A DNA stretch of 64,000 bases from Eledone cirrhosa (GCA_964016885.1 OZ024744.1:84692001-84756000); one strand, 5' to 3'; positions 11,413-25,500 are shown, counted from the first letter of the stretch. A program made the numbers and translations. The notes: generated by a model not told the origin, from the letters alone.

Positions 11413-14400
11413 ATCATTGTAGAGACTCTTGGTAGAATCGTTCTTAACTTCTCTTTTTGTTGAGTGAATGAAGAATCCCCGCGGACTTCCTACTCGGGAA
11501 CATCCAACGTACAGTTGGCCATGTGAGAATGCCTGTTCACTCAGATTCCAACCACTTGCATCGATTGTCCCTGTGCCTTGTTGATGGTCATGGCAAAGCT
11601 GAGTTTGATGGGATATTGCAACCGCGTAAATTCGTTGACGACGTCAGATGGACTGAATTTTACTGGAGGAATTAGAACGTCTGTGCCATCAGCTGGTCCG
11701 TTCAAGATTGTCGCAACTAGAATTTTGGACTTTAACGATTTGATGATCATTCGTGTTCCGTTGCACATTGTTGGAGAGTGCAAATTCCTTAACACCATAA
11801 CCGGCGCACCAACTTTTAGCTGCCGGTCGTGAGGCGGAAGTCCATAGGTGTTTGACTGTTGAGGAATTCAGGAATTCAATGGTAAACATTGTGGCATCCT
11901 CAGCAATTTTGTTGGTGTCAATAGACTTAAATGAAACTGTATTGCCTGGAAGCTGATCGAGGAGTTTCTTGTTGATTTCGTCAACTGTCACGTTGTGTGG
12001 TGACAGTTGTGGTCACGAAACCGATTTTCAATGTCGGGAAACAGACTCCATTAGTTCGTCCACATCAGACACGTAGTTTCCAAACGGAAGACAGATATGC
12101 CCATCAGCATTTGCATCTATATGTCCATTGCCGACATTAAGAAGCTGCGCCGAAAAAGTCAAATAATCTTGATCGCCATGTACCTGAACTCTCATGTTGG
12201 TAGTCAGATGAAGTTTTTCAATATGATGCCAGAGATATGACGACTTTATTGAAGCGTTGATCTCGTCTGCTCTTGTCCCTTTCGGGATGACGGGAAGAGT
12301 CTGCTGGAAATCACCAGCCAGTAGAACTGTCGTACCGCCCATCACCCGAGTATTGCGCCGTAAGTCTTGAAGAGTCCGATCAAGAGCTTCAAAAGCATTT
12401 TTATGACTCATCGTTGCCTCGTCCCAAATGATGAGGCAGCACTCTGCGAGTAGATTTCCTTTTGCCGAACCTCGACTTATGTTGCAGGTTGGAATTTCTT
12501 TTTTCGCCAAGTCCAGTGGTAGTTTGAAGGCTGAATGTGCCGTTTTACTGCCATGTAGCAGGGTTGCCGCAATACCACTGGATGCAACTGCTAAGACAAT
12601 GCGGTTGTCTTGTCTCAGCTTAGCCAGCAGCAGGTTGATGAAGGTTTTTCTAGTGCCGCAAGGAGCATACAAAAAATACATTTTTTCCTCGTAAGAGACG
12701 TTGCTGGAAAGGATCCTATGGTATGCTTGTCTCTGGTCGTCCAAAAGTCGGGGCTAATCCTGAGCTACTTGGGCCGCCATTTCGTCTGTGTTGTAGTTCA
12801 ATTCCCGCAAGTACTCAGCAGTTAAAGCATTTGGACGGTTCCGTGGTTGAGGCAAGCCGAAATCTACAACTGCTGCCATTCATTGCCGCCGACTTTCCAG
12901 ATCGAGGAGAGCCTCATTGTAGATGGCATCGTTGAATGCGAAAACTCCTGAAGGATCCTCAGCTTGCAGTCTTCGAAGGAAATCCTCTGACATGCTGTCT
13001 TTGTATGTTTCCCAAAGCTGAAGGGGCTCACCCACGTTGCAGAATATCAACATAACGCAAAAAAGACGTGTCATTTCTCGCGGTATCCTACATTCAGCGG
13101 CCTCTTTCATTGCCACGTTCCAGTAAGAATCCTCTAACATCCCATGCTTCAAGCACGCGTCCCTGTAAGTAGAACAGACTTCTCCGTCGAAAGGCCTGAG
13201 GTCTGCGAACGATTTTGTCCCAGCGACGCGGTGTAGCAGCATCCTCAAAAAAAAAGTCTTGGTCCTTTGGATGGACTGTGTAGACACACCCGATAGCTTC
13301 ACCTCTGGAGATAGCGTCACCTTGCACATTGTCAACAACCACACCTCTACGCCGTCTGTGCCATTTTTTTTGTTCGACCATGTGAAGAAGGGTGGGACGT
13401 CCGCATAAAGAAGGTATCGGTGGAGCATAACTTGAAAAAAACCGTTAGTGTCGTTTCAGGCGGCTGCTCGATCCCGTCAGATGCGCTGTCTTCAGTGAAC
13501 GCGTTTGCCATTCTCGAGGTGAACATCCAAATTCATAACAGCTGGGGAAGACTGGTGAATCTCGAATCCCAAAATCCGCCATGCAGCCATGTTGGACGAA
13601 ATGTACCGACCCATTAAGTACTGCTTAATTTCGTCATTTGTAGTACCCTCACAATGAATGTCCACAACAGCCATGTCCTCGCCTTTGTTGATATATTTAC
13701 ATATGTATTTAATGCTTTTCACGGATAAGCAGGACTCTACGTTGTGTGCATTAAAAATTCGCGCAAGGAAAGGATTGTAGGGCACCACCAAGATGTTGTC
13801 AATTTCATATGTTTTTCCATTTCTCGTAATCGTAGCAGTAATCCCACCAAAGTCGGGCGCACGTCAGCGGTAAATGGAGTAGCCGTCAACCCAGTGCATG
13901 TTTCCCTGTTGAAAGCTCTGGGATATCGTTTCGTGCACTTGTTCTGTGCCATACATGGTGATGCAGGGTTTATGACGCCGCATGGTCCGTGTATCATGTG
14001 CTTTGAAACAATCCTGAAGAGTTCGGGATCCTTTTGAGGGTCAGGCAGCTCTGGCCATATAAGCCGATCGATGTTCGAAGGCCTGATTCTCTCCTTGCAC
14101 CAAATAAAAATATGAGCGTGTGGAAGACTCCGTTTCTGCCATTCCACTGTGTACATCCATGCATTCAGTTGCCCGAAATTGGCACCATGTTTCAGCAACC
14201 ACATAAGGTTTTGCAATTTAAGATGGAAAACTCTCGCAGATAAGTCATGTCTGTCGCAGGTTGCCTGTCCGTTGAATAGGTATTCCTTAATCTCCAGCCA
14301 GTTAGGGTTGCATGTGAAGGTTATAAACAGGTCAGGACGCCCAAATTTATGAACATATGACATTGCATCCTGTGTTCGCTGGTGCATATACCGCGGTGAC

Positions 14401-15981
14401 CCGGTAAAGCTGGAAGGTAGTCACCTGATGTCCAACGTTGGATGCGTCACCGTCACGCTGCACAACGTCCTTTAGGTGGATGTATTTCTCGGCTCGCAGA
14501 GTTTTCTGATTACACCGTATGAAAAGTAGCCTTTCACCTTCTATCTTGGCGTACATGTCGACCAAGAATTGGTTAGTTACGTCCCTGAAGCGTAGAATTT
14601 GGTTGAATTGACCATCTCAAACCATTAGACGGTATGCGTAAAAATCCTTGCAAGAAACACGTTTAGACAATTCAGCTCGTTGGATTAACCTGGCGCAGTT
14701 CAAAGTTGTAGCCGTCTTCCCCGTTTGGAAAAACCACGGGATACTGGAGGCAGTCGTACGCTCGATTACTTGCGCAAACATGTGAAAGTCGACTGTCGCG
14801 ATGATGAAGCACGATATTGTGCTTACCGTACTGTTCACCGACCAAAATGGCTGCTACCTCGTTAGTAGTTGGAGCGTTGAAACGCCCGGGATGTTCTCCA
14901 GCAGGACGACGGTCAGCTTTAATGGTTAATTGAAGTTCGGGTCGGGCGTCCAGCAGTTCCAAAGCATTCTTAAAATCTGACATAAGGGTGAGTTGCATGA
15001 AGCATGATTTGAAGGTTAGCAACAATACTAACGTCAACACCGGAATTTAACTTACATCTTTGGGAGACCTCCTCGTAGCCCCCGCCCCCATGAATAAGAC
15101 CTGCAGAAATTTGGGTTCCACGTTTGGCTGCGAACGAAGACTGCCTATCAGATGGTAATACTGACCCTTAATTTTGAAGGTGTACACCGTTTCTTTTGTT
15201 TTTCTTGTCAGAGTGGGAGTCTTCCTCAGCACGACCGTTGTTGTTGCTGCCGATGTTGGTAATTCTGCGTTCCCTGCCATCATTAACACTAAAAGATGCC
15301 GGCGAAACACGAATTATATTTCCACGTGTCCTTGCAGAATTTCTTGGCGTCGTTGGAGTTTCCGTTGAGCAGATTTTTCAGAATTTCAGGTGGATCTGCC
15401 AGCGCTTGAAGTCGAACCTTACCTCTAGAACAACAAAGACCGGGTGCTTCGCCTCCCCACTTCTTCGCTCCGCAATACTGGCATATCTTGTCCATTTTAC
15501 CAAGAGTTATTACAGGGTGATCAGTAAAATCATCAGAACGGCTGTAGTTGAAGCCAGCTTTCATCCAAACAACGCCTCTTGCAGAATCTACATTTCTTTG
15601 ACGTCTCCCTGCCAGCCTTTCTTCTGTTACCTCAACCGACTCCTCGAGAAGAGAGCGTTATTGCGGCATCGTTTGTCAGCAAGGCGGGTCTCCTTTGCTT
15701 CGGATGACTTCGAGAATAGAGCGTTGATTGAGAATACGCTTGTCAGCAAGGTGGGCCTCCCTTGCTTCGGCTGACTCTTCGAGAAGAGAGCGTTAATTGC
15801 GACCGCGCATGTCAGCAAGGCGGGCCTCCCTTGCTTCGGCTGACTCTTCGAGAAGAGAGCGTTGATTGCGGCTACGTTTGTCAGCAAGGCGGGCCTGCCT
15901 TGCTTCTTCGGACTCCTCGAGAACCGAGAGTTCACGATACTGACGTGACGTTGAAAGTCTGCCTTCCTTTTGGTTAGCCGT
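11413..15981 (-). pseudogene. Helitron Rep/Hel protein, many frameshifts
   Basis: N-terminal EES-xx-AR-xx-RLAD repeats; CQYC..CC; Rep motifs PDLFITFTCNPNW, VEWQKRSLPHAHIFIW (HUH), KYICKYINKG (Y2); Pif1 motifs SGIAATLL, IIWDEATM, GDFQQTLPV, LTTNMR, CNGTR, FAMTINKAQGQS, FSHGQLYVGCSRV. Confidence 0.93.
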
Positions 15982-16647
15982 TTCCTAGTAAAATAAATAC
16001 TAAAAAAAGTTAATTTAAAATAAAATACAGATAAACGTGTATTGCAAAATAAGCATAAAAAATATGCGTACCTGTGCTCGAGATTCCCTTTGTCGCAATT
16101 TAAGGAGTTTGGTTCTTTTAGAAGTCACTCTCCCTCACCCTAGAGACCTGCTTCATCCACAGATTTTATTTTTTGCCTTCAGGAATTCCCATTGCTCCAC
16201 TACTTTAATCAGTCATATCAATCCCAGTACTAATTTTTCAAAGCTGGGACTTACTTTATTGATCTCTTTTGTCAAGTTGCACTAAGTTATGGGATATTAG
16301 CACAGTTACAAACCTAAACATGGTAACACAAACACATATACAAACCTAAACATGGTAACACGCACACGTAGTAGTTTTACACGATCGAACAAACCGTAAA
16401 TGATTTTTATTGCAGTAGAAGTCTGCTTAGAACGCGCAAAAGATCAAATCTTGTAATCGAGCATTCACGATACTGGTGTGACGTTAATGCAACCTATTTA
16501 AACTGATTATTGTAGTTAAACAAATGAAATGTAAAGTTTGCCTTATTAATTGGAATGTGTTGTTTATGCAGAAGTCTGTTTAGAACTGTATTGCCTTATT
16601 AATTTGAATGTTGTTTATGCAGAATACTGCTTAGAACTGTATTGTCA
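15766..16647 (-). repeat. Long inverted repeat, right arm = native Helitron 5' region
   Basis: Reverse complement of 10238-11249; start codon is ACG here versus ATG in the left arm. Confidence 0.92.
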
Positions 16648-16920
16648 AGAAATCATTTTTATCCAATAACCAACTGTTGAAGTTTCCGTAGAAAATTGTC
16701 AAGAAATCGATAAAATTTCAACGGAAAAAACTCTTTAAAAAGAAGGGGGGTGTTGTATCCCTTTGTTATTGCATCATTGAATCTACTACCTTAAATATAC
16801 AATGTCCGACCACTTCCAATTTATATAGTAGATGAAGTGCTTTACTCATGAACACAACACAAAACCTAGTCAAGAATTGAACTGTTAATTACTAGATAAC
16901 TTTCAACCTTCTCCAGACAG

Positions 16921-16974
<54 letters not shown>

Positions 16975-17387
16975 CCTAGAGAATTGGACTATTCTAAAAT
17001 TATAAAACAGCAATAATTAAAAAAATACAAAATATCAATTTTCTGAGATAAATTCTATCGCATATTTCGAAGGAAATTCAGAACTTCTAGGTAAACATAT
17101 TTTTGTTATCTAGTTTGGAGCATGCACAAATAAACTCTGCCGAGTCTGAAGAGCTTGTGGACTGTCGGAACTTCTCCTTGGCATCTCTTTTAAAAGCTAA
17201 AATGTATATTAAATGAGAAATGAGTAAAAATTAGACGAATAACTTACCTGATATTTTGTTCTTACAATATTGTGTTTCTATATCTTTTAAGAGCATTCTA
17301 AACTCTTTTGGAACACAAATGATCATTCCTGAAAAATATGGACTGTCATGAAAATTGGCGTACATTTGTTTTGGTATTACAAAGCGT

Positions 17388-17425
<38 letters not shown>

Positions 17426-17933
17426 AGAAAGAGACGGGATGGAGAGAGGAAATATGCCTTGTTTGTCATCAATAAATCAATAGGTTCTATAATGAATAAT
17501 TCAATGAAGAGCAATAGAGTATTCTATCTCTGATTAAAATAAATTTGTTGAATTTTTGTGAATTCTAGCTGTTTAACTTTCGCGTCTTATGTATGACTCT
17601 GTACACTATCATGTAAAACATGGTTATCGATATACATGTAGTAGTTTGCCCTTTGTTGAAACAAATGCCCGTTAATCTAAAATATGTTTATTTATACTAT
17701 ATTGAATAAATCAGTTTTATATCCAGGCTTTATGAATATTGCGTAGATTCCATGTCAAACCCCCTCTGGGGGATTTGACATGGAATGACCCTGTACGATC
17801 ATTACCGATGTTAAGTATATAAAATAAATAAAAAAATAAAAAAATTTAAAAAAAAGCACGTAACCGAAATTGGTTTAAGAAAAAATTAAAATTTTATTCA
17901 AAGAAAGAAAATTCAGAAATCAATGGGAGGTTT

Positions 17934-17964
<31 letters not shown>

Positions 17965-18481
17965 CCAAAAAATAGCGAGAGGAAGAGTGACAGCTTCTAC
18001 ACCCCAGTCTAGATGGTATATCTCAGCTATACACCTGTGGACAAAATGGCAGAAGCATTGCTGCAGAAAACAGCTAACAATGACACTCGCTGCATCAGAC
18101 ACTATCTCACGGGACTGTTTCCTCAGGTGGGATATACTCCTGGGGATTATTGCAGAGGAAAATGGTTGTTTAGGGACCGAGTACAGACAAGGTCTCAATA
18201 ACAACTGGTATGGAAATAAAGCTATATGTTAGGTCTCTGTATTTAGTAGTGAAAAGTATACATAAGCAAAGTATAACAAACAGCGACTTTCAAGAAAGTA
18301 AACTGAGTTAATTCCCCTAGACGTTTAACTATGGAGTTGTGTCCCTTGTAAGTATCTGTCGGCCGTCGGAGCAAGAAAAGTAGTAATTTAATTTTATGCT
18401 ACAAATATCCAATATCAATTTTGTTTTATTGCAAATCAGCCAATATAATAGCCTTGTGTATTTGTCTGTAACACAAAGATT

Positions 18482-18678
18482 ACTGAGGAAGGAAGGGGTG
18501 ATTATGTCGACTGAGGACGGAAGGGTGATTATGTCGACCGAGGAAGGAAGGAGGGGTGATTATGTCGACTGAGGAAGGAAGGAGGGGTGATTACGACGAC
18601 TGGGGAAGGAAGAGGTGATTACATAAACAGAGTAAGGAAGGAGTGCTTATGTCGAGAGAGGAAGGAAGGGGTGATGAC
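18482..18678 (+). repeat. Minisatellite, ~30-bp unit gactgaggaaggaaggaggggtgattatgtc, about 7 degenerate copies
   Basis: Direct tandem units; ~2 copies at 938-990 and ~3 at 40927-41008. Confidence 0.8.
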
Positions 18679-19145
18679 AAACTACAGAATGTAGCGGCTA
18701 ACACTTACTACACCTAAGTGTGTATGTATAGCGAATTGGCTACACACATTGGGTGTTATGATTATGTCAGTGTATGTGTGTTTGTGTAAATTAAATATCA
18801 TATATAATACTAGCCGAACTATCCGCGCCATGCTGCGGTTTACACATATTTTTGGTAAGAAAATGTTGATTGATTTTAAATCAGTGATATAATTTATAGC
18901 GAAAACTCTGCATTTCAATGTTACTCAATGTAAAATGTAATGCATGAAAAATTGGAAAACATTATTTTTTGTAATATATCAAATCTAAATTACATTATTA
19001 AATGTTATTGTTATTTTAATTCTTGTAAATAATCTTTTTGTAATAGGGAAACTTTTTTGGTGTAAATCCTATGGTCATTCCTGACCGAAGGGAGTCTTTA
19101 GCTTTTTTTAGGGTGGCAGCAAACAGACGAAAGGGTTAGTAATGC

Positions 19146-19282
<137 letters not shown>

Positions 19283-19351
19283 TCTAAACTGTTCACTTGA
19301 CAACATAAAACTGGTATTCAACAATATGATTAACATTTCAAGGCTTTAAGA

Positions 19352-20812
19352 CTGTGGTTCCCAAACGGCGAGGCGCCCCTCATAGGTGAGGCGGAAGTGG
19401 ATAGTAGGTGAGCACTGGTCGCCGTTGAGACTTCAGGCATAAATGGGCTCCGTACAGTTAAGATCCTCCGCAAGATCGGAATGTCGCCGGCCCGTCTGAG
19501 GAAGGAGCCCTGCGAGGTTGGGTAGCTGTTGCAGCGGGTGTCACTGACCATTGTCTGCAGGAATGCTTTTGAGGTCTTGTCCGCGGGGCACAGCCCTCCT
19601 GCCCCCATGCCTTAGGCCCAACGCCTCCCGCACCCCCTCTTCTGCCACACTAGAATTCTTCCCATCCCCTTCTCATTCTTTTTTTCTTGTTTCACTTTTT
19701 TCTCTATATTTTCCTATTCTTTTTTTTTTCTCCTTTTTTTATTATTGTTGTCATTATTATTATTATTGGCAGTATCGGTAGAGCGTCAGACGCCATGCTT
19801 TGCAGTACAGAGTTACGACCCTTTACGATCTGAGTTCAAATCCCACCGGGGTTAACTTTATCTTCCATCCTTACGAGGTGGATAAAATAAAGCACCAGTA
19901 ACGTACTGCGGTAGATTTAATCGACTTTCTTCTCCACCCGAAAATTGTTGGCCTATGTAAGAAACTATTATTACTGTAGATAAAAATTACTTTTTATATT
20001 AAAAGTTATTTTTTATATTAAAAGATAGTCATTTAGAAACAGTTTCAAAAAATTCATATGCCAAAAATAAATATGATTTCAAAATTAAAAATATTATGGA
20101 TTACTTGTAATTGTATGCATGAGGTCCCAGTATAAATAGTGAAAAATAATTATTGACAGATTTTATCATTGTGATATTTTTGCATTAAATCAAATATTAA
20201 GAATACAGTAACAAGTGTCCAGAAATTGGAGGAGGGAATTATCAATGATAATGTTCAGACTTTGAATTCGCGATTAGAGATCATTTTGTAAATTCAAGCT
20301 GTTTAAACCTGAAATTAGACGAGGGGGAAGAACTGGCAAACATTTCGAGTGATCGCACCTTAAAAATGAAACACAAGAGTGTATCACTGGACTCTTTGGG
20401 GATATACAACCAGAAACAATATCCATATGTCACTTCAAAGACATTATCCATTCTTCTACAGTTCTCCATGACATATTGCTGCAAACAAGGATTTTGAGTT
20501 CTGACAAATATCAAAGGCCAAAAAAAGGGAAATACTTCTTTATGTTGATGAGATGAGTGTTTGTTTATCTCAAGTTAGACCTAATATAAAGGGAGATTAC
20601 TCGTAAAACAAGCTTGTACCTTTCAGTAAATTTGTGTACTTTAATCATATTATAAGTTATTTATTTTATATATTATATTTAACGCACTATTAGTAGTTGT
20701 ACTTTTCTTTTATCTATAAATGTACTTATAATCACATAAAATTAGGTGAGGCGCGAGCAAATTTTCATTCCGAAAATGAGGCCCAGAGGAAAAAAACGTT
20801 TGGGAACCTCTG
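19352..20812 (+). mobile_element. hAT derivative, duplicate of 1568-2997 (with nested CRE fragment and SINE)
   Basis: Same TIRs and ctttaag(a/g) TSD. Confidence 0.85.
19768..19972 (+). mobile_element. tRNA-derived SINE, family A
   Basis: Duplicate of 1945-2150. Confidence 0.75.
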
Positions 20813-21736
20813 CTTTAAGGGAATAATTCATTAGTAGGGAACAGTATCAACAAAGGTAATCAACTGAAGGTCAACTAATGTTGGAGCCAATTCAGCCTAA
20901 CGTTACTGCAACTATTAAGCCTGCTCCATTTGTATACCTCTTTTACGTTGGTTATCATTCCCCAGCCATTTTCCAAGATGGTCGACTGAATACGCACGTG
21001 TGTTTTTTATCTGCACATATTGTTTTATCATTTCTCCCGTTCATTCCTCTCATCACTCTTTATATTCTATTTATCTTCTATTTCTAACTCTATCTTCTGG
21101 TGAAAGACTAGTGTCCGAAACGTTAAGACTCACCTCCTGCTATTTCAAGCGTTAAACTAATATATTTCCTCCATCTACTGAACCGTTTACTACTTTTAAA
21201 TACATAATGATATTGATAACCTACCGTTGTTGATTCAAAGCATCGGCAGTGAATAGGTGGGAGATTATAGCACTATTAATTTACACTAACAAATTATCGA
21301 CCTTAAGCACATCAAGCCTATCTGTCACACATCATAAGTAAATGAGTGGAGAAATTTACGGTATTATCTTTTCAATTTTCAAATTCTCTTATACAAAATA
21401 ATTTTGTAAAAATCGTGGTCATCTTAGAGGCGACTGAAAGAAATATTGGCAATTTAAGGATTAAAGAGGCCATTTTCATCAGCTGAATAAACCCAGGGAA
21501 AAATAATAGATCGGAAATGCATGAGGCAGAATGGTTACTGTAGCGAAGCCACCAATGTGTTTTGTAAGCAAACATGGACTAGTTAGGGTAAAAAACTTCG
21601 ATCGCACGTTTTGTTTTGATTTGGACTGTTTCATCTTTGCATTTGCAAAGAGGGTAGTAATCCTGAAATATCATGCTAGAATATACATTGGGTAAAACAT
21701 TACCTTATTTTGTATTGTTTTATTTGTCATCATTTG

Positions 21737-21882
21737 CGCATGGCTTAGTGGTTAGAGCATTTGGTTTGCAATCGAAAGGTTGTGAGTTCAATTCTCAGAC
21801 TGGGTGATATATTATTTCCTTGAGCAAGAGAACTTTATTTCACGTTGCTCCAGTTTACTCAGCTGTAGAAATGACTGGGGGA
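21737..21882 (+). mobile_element. tRNA-derived SINE, family B
   Basis: tggcttagtggttagagc ... gagttcaattc; duplicate of 3940-4082. Confidence 0.72.
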
Positions 21883-22037
21883 CCCTATCATTAAATCACC
21901 TAAGACACCTCCAATGAGATATACTTTGGAGGAGGTCAGATAAACCTGCATAGGTGTGAGCTGTCACAACATTTACCCATCGCATTTTCTACCGTATTAC
22001 GCCGGCTTTTGAAAAACATTATCGGTTTTTACTACAT

Positions 22038-22070
<33 letters not shown>

Positions 22071-22092
22071 ATGCATATATATATTACATATA

Positions 22093-22592
22093 TCGTATTC
22101 CACGTGGTTGTGGTGAAGCTGATAACGTTTGTGGAGCTGATACATGGGAAAATATTGCTGCTGATCGTAATAAATGGAGAAAGACTGTATATGAGGGGAA
22201 AGTTGCCTTTGAGGCATCTCGAATCGCATACGAGAAAGTAAAGCGGGATGTGAGGAAGATCATTACTGTTGCATTTCCAGACGGCGAAGGTGCTCCTTTG
22301 GCGCTGACATGCAGCGTCTGTGCGAGACTCTGCCCAAGCAAAGCTGGACTCGAAAGTCATCTCCGCAGTCATAAAGTGAGACCAGTGGTTAACTACCAGG
22401 CTGCTGTTGGAGATGCTACTCATCATTCTTGTCAAACATGTGGTAGAGAATGTAAATCAGTAGGAGGGCTCAAACGACATGCAAAAGTACATGAACTCCA
22501 ACCACAGCCGGCTATTCCCAATGAATGTTTTGGTTGCCAACTCTGTGCAAGACGTTTTAGATCATTGGCTGGGTTAAAAACCACATTCGATC
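22093..22592 (+). pseudogene. RTE-clade LINE C-terminus with three C2H2-like fingers
   Basis: CSVCARLCPSKAGLESHLRSH, CQTCGRECKSVGGLKRHAKVH, CQLCARRFRSLAGLK; putative 3' remainder at 34459-34505. Confidence 0.72.
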
Positions 22593-25500
22593 CAACAACA
22601 ATAGCAACAGAGGCACCACATTTGCTGCAGCAGCAGCAAAAACAAAGCGCTTATTGAATATTGATATTAGCGATAAAGACGAACAGTTGGTCCAGGCGTG
22701 GAGGTTAATTAAACGGGAGAAATCCTGGGCAAACCTGACCATCCCGGACTAGGGCAATAGCGGCCATGAAAAGGAGGGAGGTGTACTTTCTATGCATTTC
22801 AGTGCAGAGACGACAAGTGGAACTTGCCAGCCAAGCAGAGGTCGAGGCTGCTTTGGAGTGCATCGGAAGTGACATAGAGTATAAAACAAGGGCCAAACAG
22901 TTCGGTAGCATCTCGGTACTGTTCATAACCGAGACCCTTGCTATTAAGCACTCGGTGACCCCCTGCAGAACGGAACGCATTATCATGCACCCGTCCTACA
23001 TGGGCAAAATGTCAGTAAAGGTCCGCATTCCCAGGATCCCACCAGGAATGAACAAATGGTGGCTCCTGGGATGAGTAATCGAGGAGGGGACAGACACTAC
23101 CCTCCTGGATATCAAAAGGACAGAGTGAGAGAAGACTGGTCCGGAATGGATTTGGAGATTCTTCAACAAATGAAACCGGAGGACATGAACAACATCCCAG
23201 ATTTTGCCCGCCTGCAGGACGGGACAACAATCCAACTGGTCACTGAGGGAAGAAGACCGCACTGCTTCGTCTGCGAGGAAGCAAAGCATCTGCAAGCCTT
23301 CTGCCCGCAGCGCAAAAATGTAGGGGGTCGCAAACCTGACCTTCCCGGACGGGGCAATAGCGGCCATGCAAAAGAGGAAGGTGTACTTTCGATACATTGC
23401 AGTGCAGACACGCAAAGTGGAACTTGCCAGCTAAGCAGAGGTCGTGTCTGCTTTGGAATGCATCGGAAGTGAGACAGATTATAAAGCAAGGACCAAAGAG
23501 TTCGGTACCAACTCGGAAGTGTTCAAAACCGAGGCCCTTGCTATTAAGCACTCGGTGACCCTCTGCAGAACGGAACGCATTATCATGCACTCGTCTTACA
23601 TGGGCAAAATGACAGTAAAGGTTCGCATTCCAAGTATCCCACCAGGAATGAACACATGGTGGCTCCTGGGATGCGTAATCGAGGATGGCACAGACACTAC
23701 CCTCCTGGATATCAAAAGGACAGAGAGTGAGAAGACTGGTCCGGAATGGATTTGGAGATTCTTCTCCAAATGAAACCAGAGGACATGAACAAAATCCCGG
23801 ATTTTGCCCGCCTGCAGGACGGGACAACAATCCAACTGGTTACTGAGGGAAGAAAGCCGCACTGCTTCGTCTGCGGGGAAGCAACGCATCTGCAATCCTT
23901 CTGCCCGCAGCGCAAAAATGCAGGGGGTCGCAAACCTCCTTTGTTGCCAACACCAGTGTCAGCACGGGAAGCTGCACCACCACCACCAAAAACAACACCA
24001 ACAAAGACACGGACACCAACATCAAAAACAGTCGGACCACCAGCAGCACCAAAACCAATCCAAGGGGAAAACGAGGAAAGCTCTCCCACTCCCCTACCCC
24101 TCCAATTATACACATAGACAAAACAATAAACGCACACACAGACACAGAGACATTCACACCCACAGAACCTTTGTCTTCCAGCAGTGAAGATGAAGGAAAA
24201 CCCAAAGTGCAAAAAATAAAAAAACAGAGAAAACTCACCAAAAAAAAAAAGCCTCAACAAAACACAAAAACATACACAACAAAAAATACAGACACCACTA
24301 ACGCAAACACTTCCCCAATAACATCAGCACCAACAGCAACATCGACACCACTCCCACAATCCCCGAAACGCAAACAACCTAAACAAACACAAGTACAAAT
24401 AAACACACAAATACCTGAAATTGCAGACACCACACCTACAACAAACACAGACATACCCGAAACAACACTAACAAAACCATCACCACCACAGTCACCAAAA
24501 CGAAAACAAATAAAACCACACCAACAAAATGTTAAAAACTTCGTGCTTGTCAGAAGGGCCAACGATAAACTGATGGCCCTCTTAGCACGAAGCGAGGACA
24601 TTCAAACAGAGGGGGAGATCTTTGAAATGAGCACATTTTGCGTGCCAGTAGATTTGCTTCTGGTCCGAATGTCACTCGATTCCTTCAAAGAAATTCGGGA
24701 GAGCTTTCCTCAAGACGTGGGAACCCCGAATGTGAAACCCACATCAAGACTTTTAAAGGGGTTCCCAAAAGAAACCCCACCAACCATGGAGGTCGAACCA
24801 CCCGACCTTCACAAGACTCTGGGAGGTAAGTAAACCTTCACTCTCTCTTTAAGCTTGCCAACATGGCCATATCAAGAGTAGGAAGTTTAAATGTTCGCGG
24901 CCTGGGGTCACCCTGGAAGCAGGGTCGCCTACTCAACGACCTCAGGTCGCTGGAAATGGATGTGATTGCCGTCAGCGAGACCAGAATTTCAGACACGCGC
25001 GCACTAGCCCCCCTTTTCGACGACTATCAGATCTTCGCATCTGTTAACAAGCCGGGAATGGGAGGTGAGGTGGCAGTGCTGTTTACGAAAGGACTGGATC
25101 TCGAGGTAAGGTCGATCTTCCGGGACCCGGGCGGTAAGTTGGTGGTCTTGGATGTGAGCAGTAGCGAAGGTGGTGTCTTTAGACTGCTGGCCGTCTACAC
25201 CCCTACAGGGGCCGGACGATCGGACTTCTTTAGGCACCTGGAAACTTTTCTGGGTACGTCTCACCCTTTACTGCTAGCGGGGGACTGGAACAGCATCTTA
25301 GACGCACGCTGGGATTGTGTGGGAGTAGCTGATAGGAGGGGGGGTGGAGTGCAAAGCCTGAAGCACCTATTCAGCCAGTTCCAGCTGTCTGACAGGTATC
25401 GACTAGATTTCCCCAATGTGCCATTATGGACATGGACCAACCGAATGGGGTCATCTAGATCGTATATAGACAGGATCTTCATTAGGAAAATAGATATAAA

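Larger units (their letters stand above)
10238..16832 (-). mobile_element. Helitron (Rep-Pif1 helicase), decayed, 3' end replaced by an inverted copy of its 5' region
   Basis: 5' terminus A|TCTACTATATAA at 16832 on the minus strand; element absent from the paralogous site at ~39935; Rep and helicase motifs inside. Confidence 0.92.
223..17305. repeat. Segmental duplication, copy 1 (interrupted by Helitron 10238-16832)
   Basis: 223-8236 aligns to 17764-26667; 8553-10236 to 37806-39586; 16833-17305 to 39936-40395, with the same order of nested TE fragments. Confidence 0.92.

Noticed and set aside
11413-12744. Host PIF1 helicase gene
   Set aside because: Fused to an HUH Rep domain, frameshifted, has a Helitron terminus and is absent from the paralogous site
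10238-16647. Maverick/Polinton or cut-and-paste element with long TIRs
   Set aside because: No integrase, DDE transposase or polB, no TSD; the repeat includes Helitron coding sequence and the true terminus lies outside it
18482-18678. CRISPR-like array
   Set aside because: Degenerate contiguous units without unique spacers, no cas genes, eukaryotic context
22043-22657. Host C2H2 zinc-finger gene
   Set aside because: Preceded by the RTE WE..A.DR..WR motif, lacks TGEKP linkers, starts in a microsatellite; it is a LINE C-terminus
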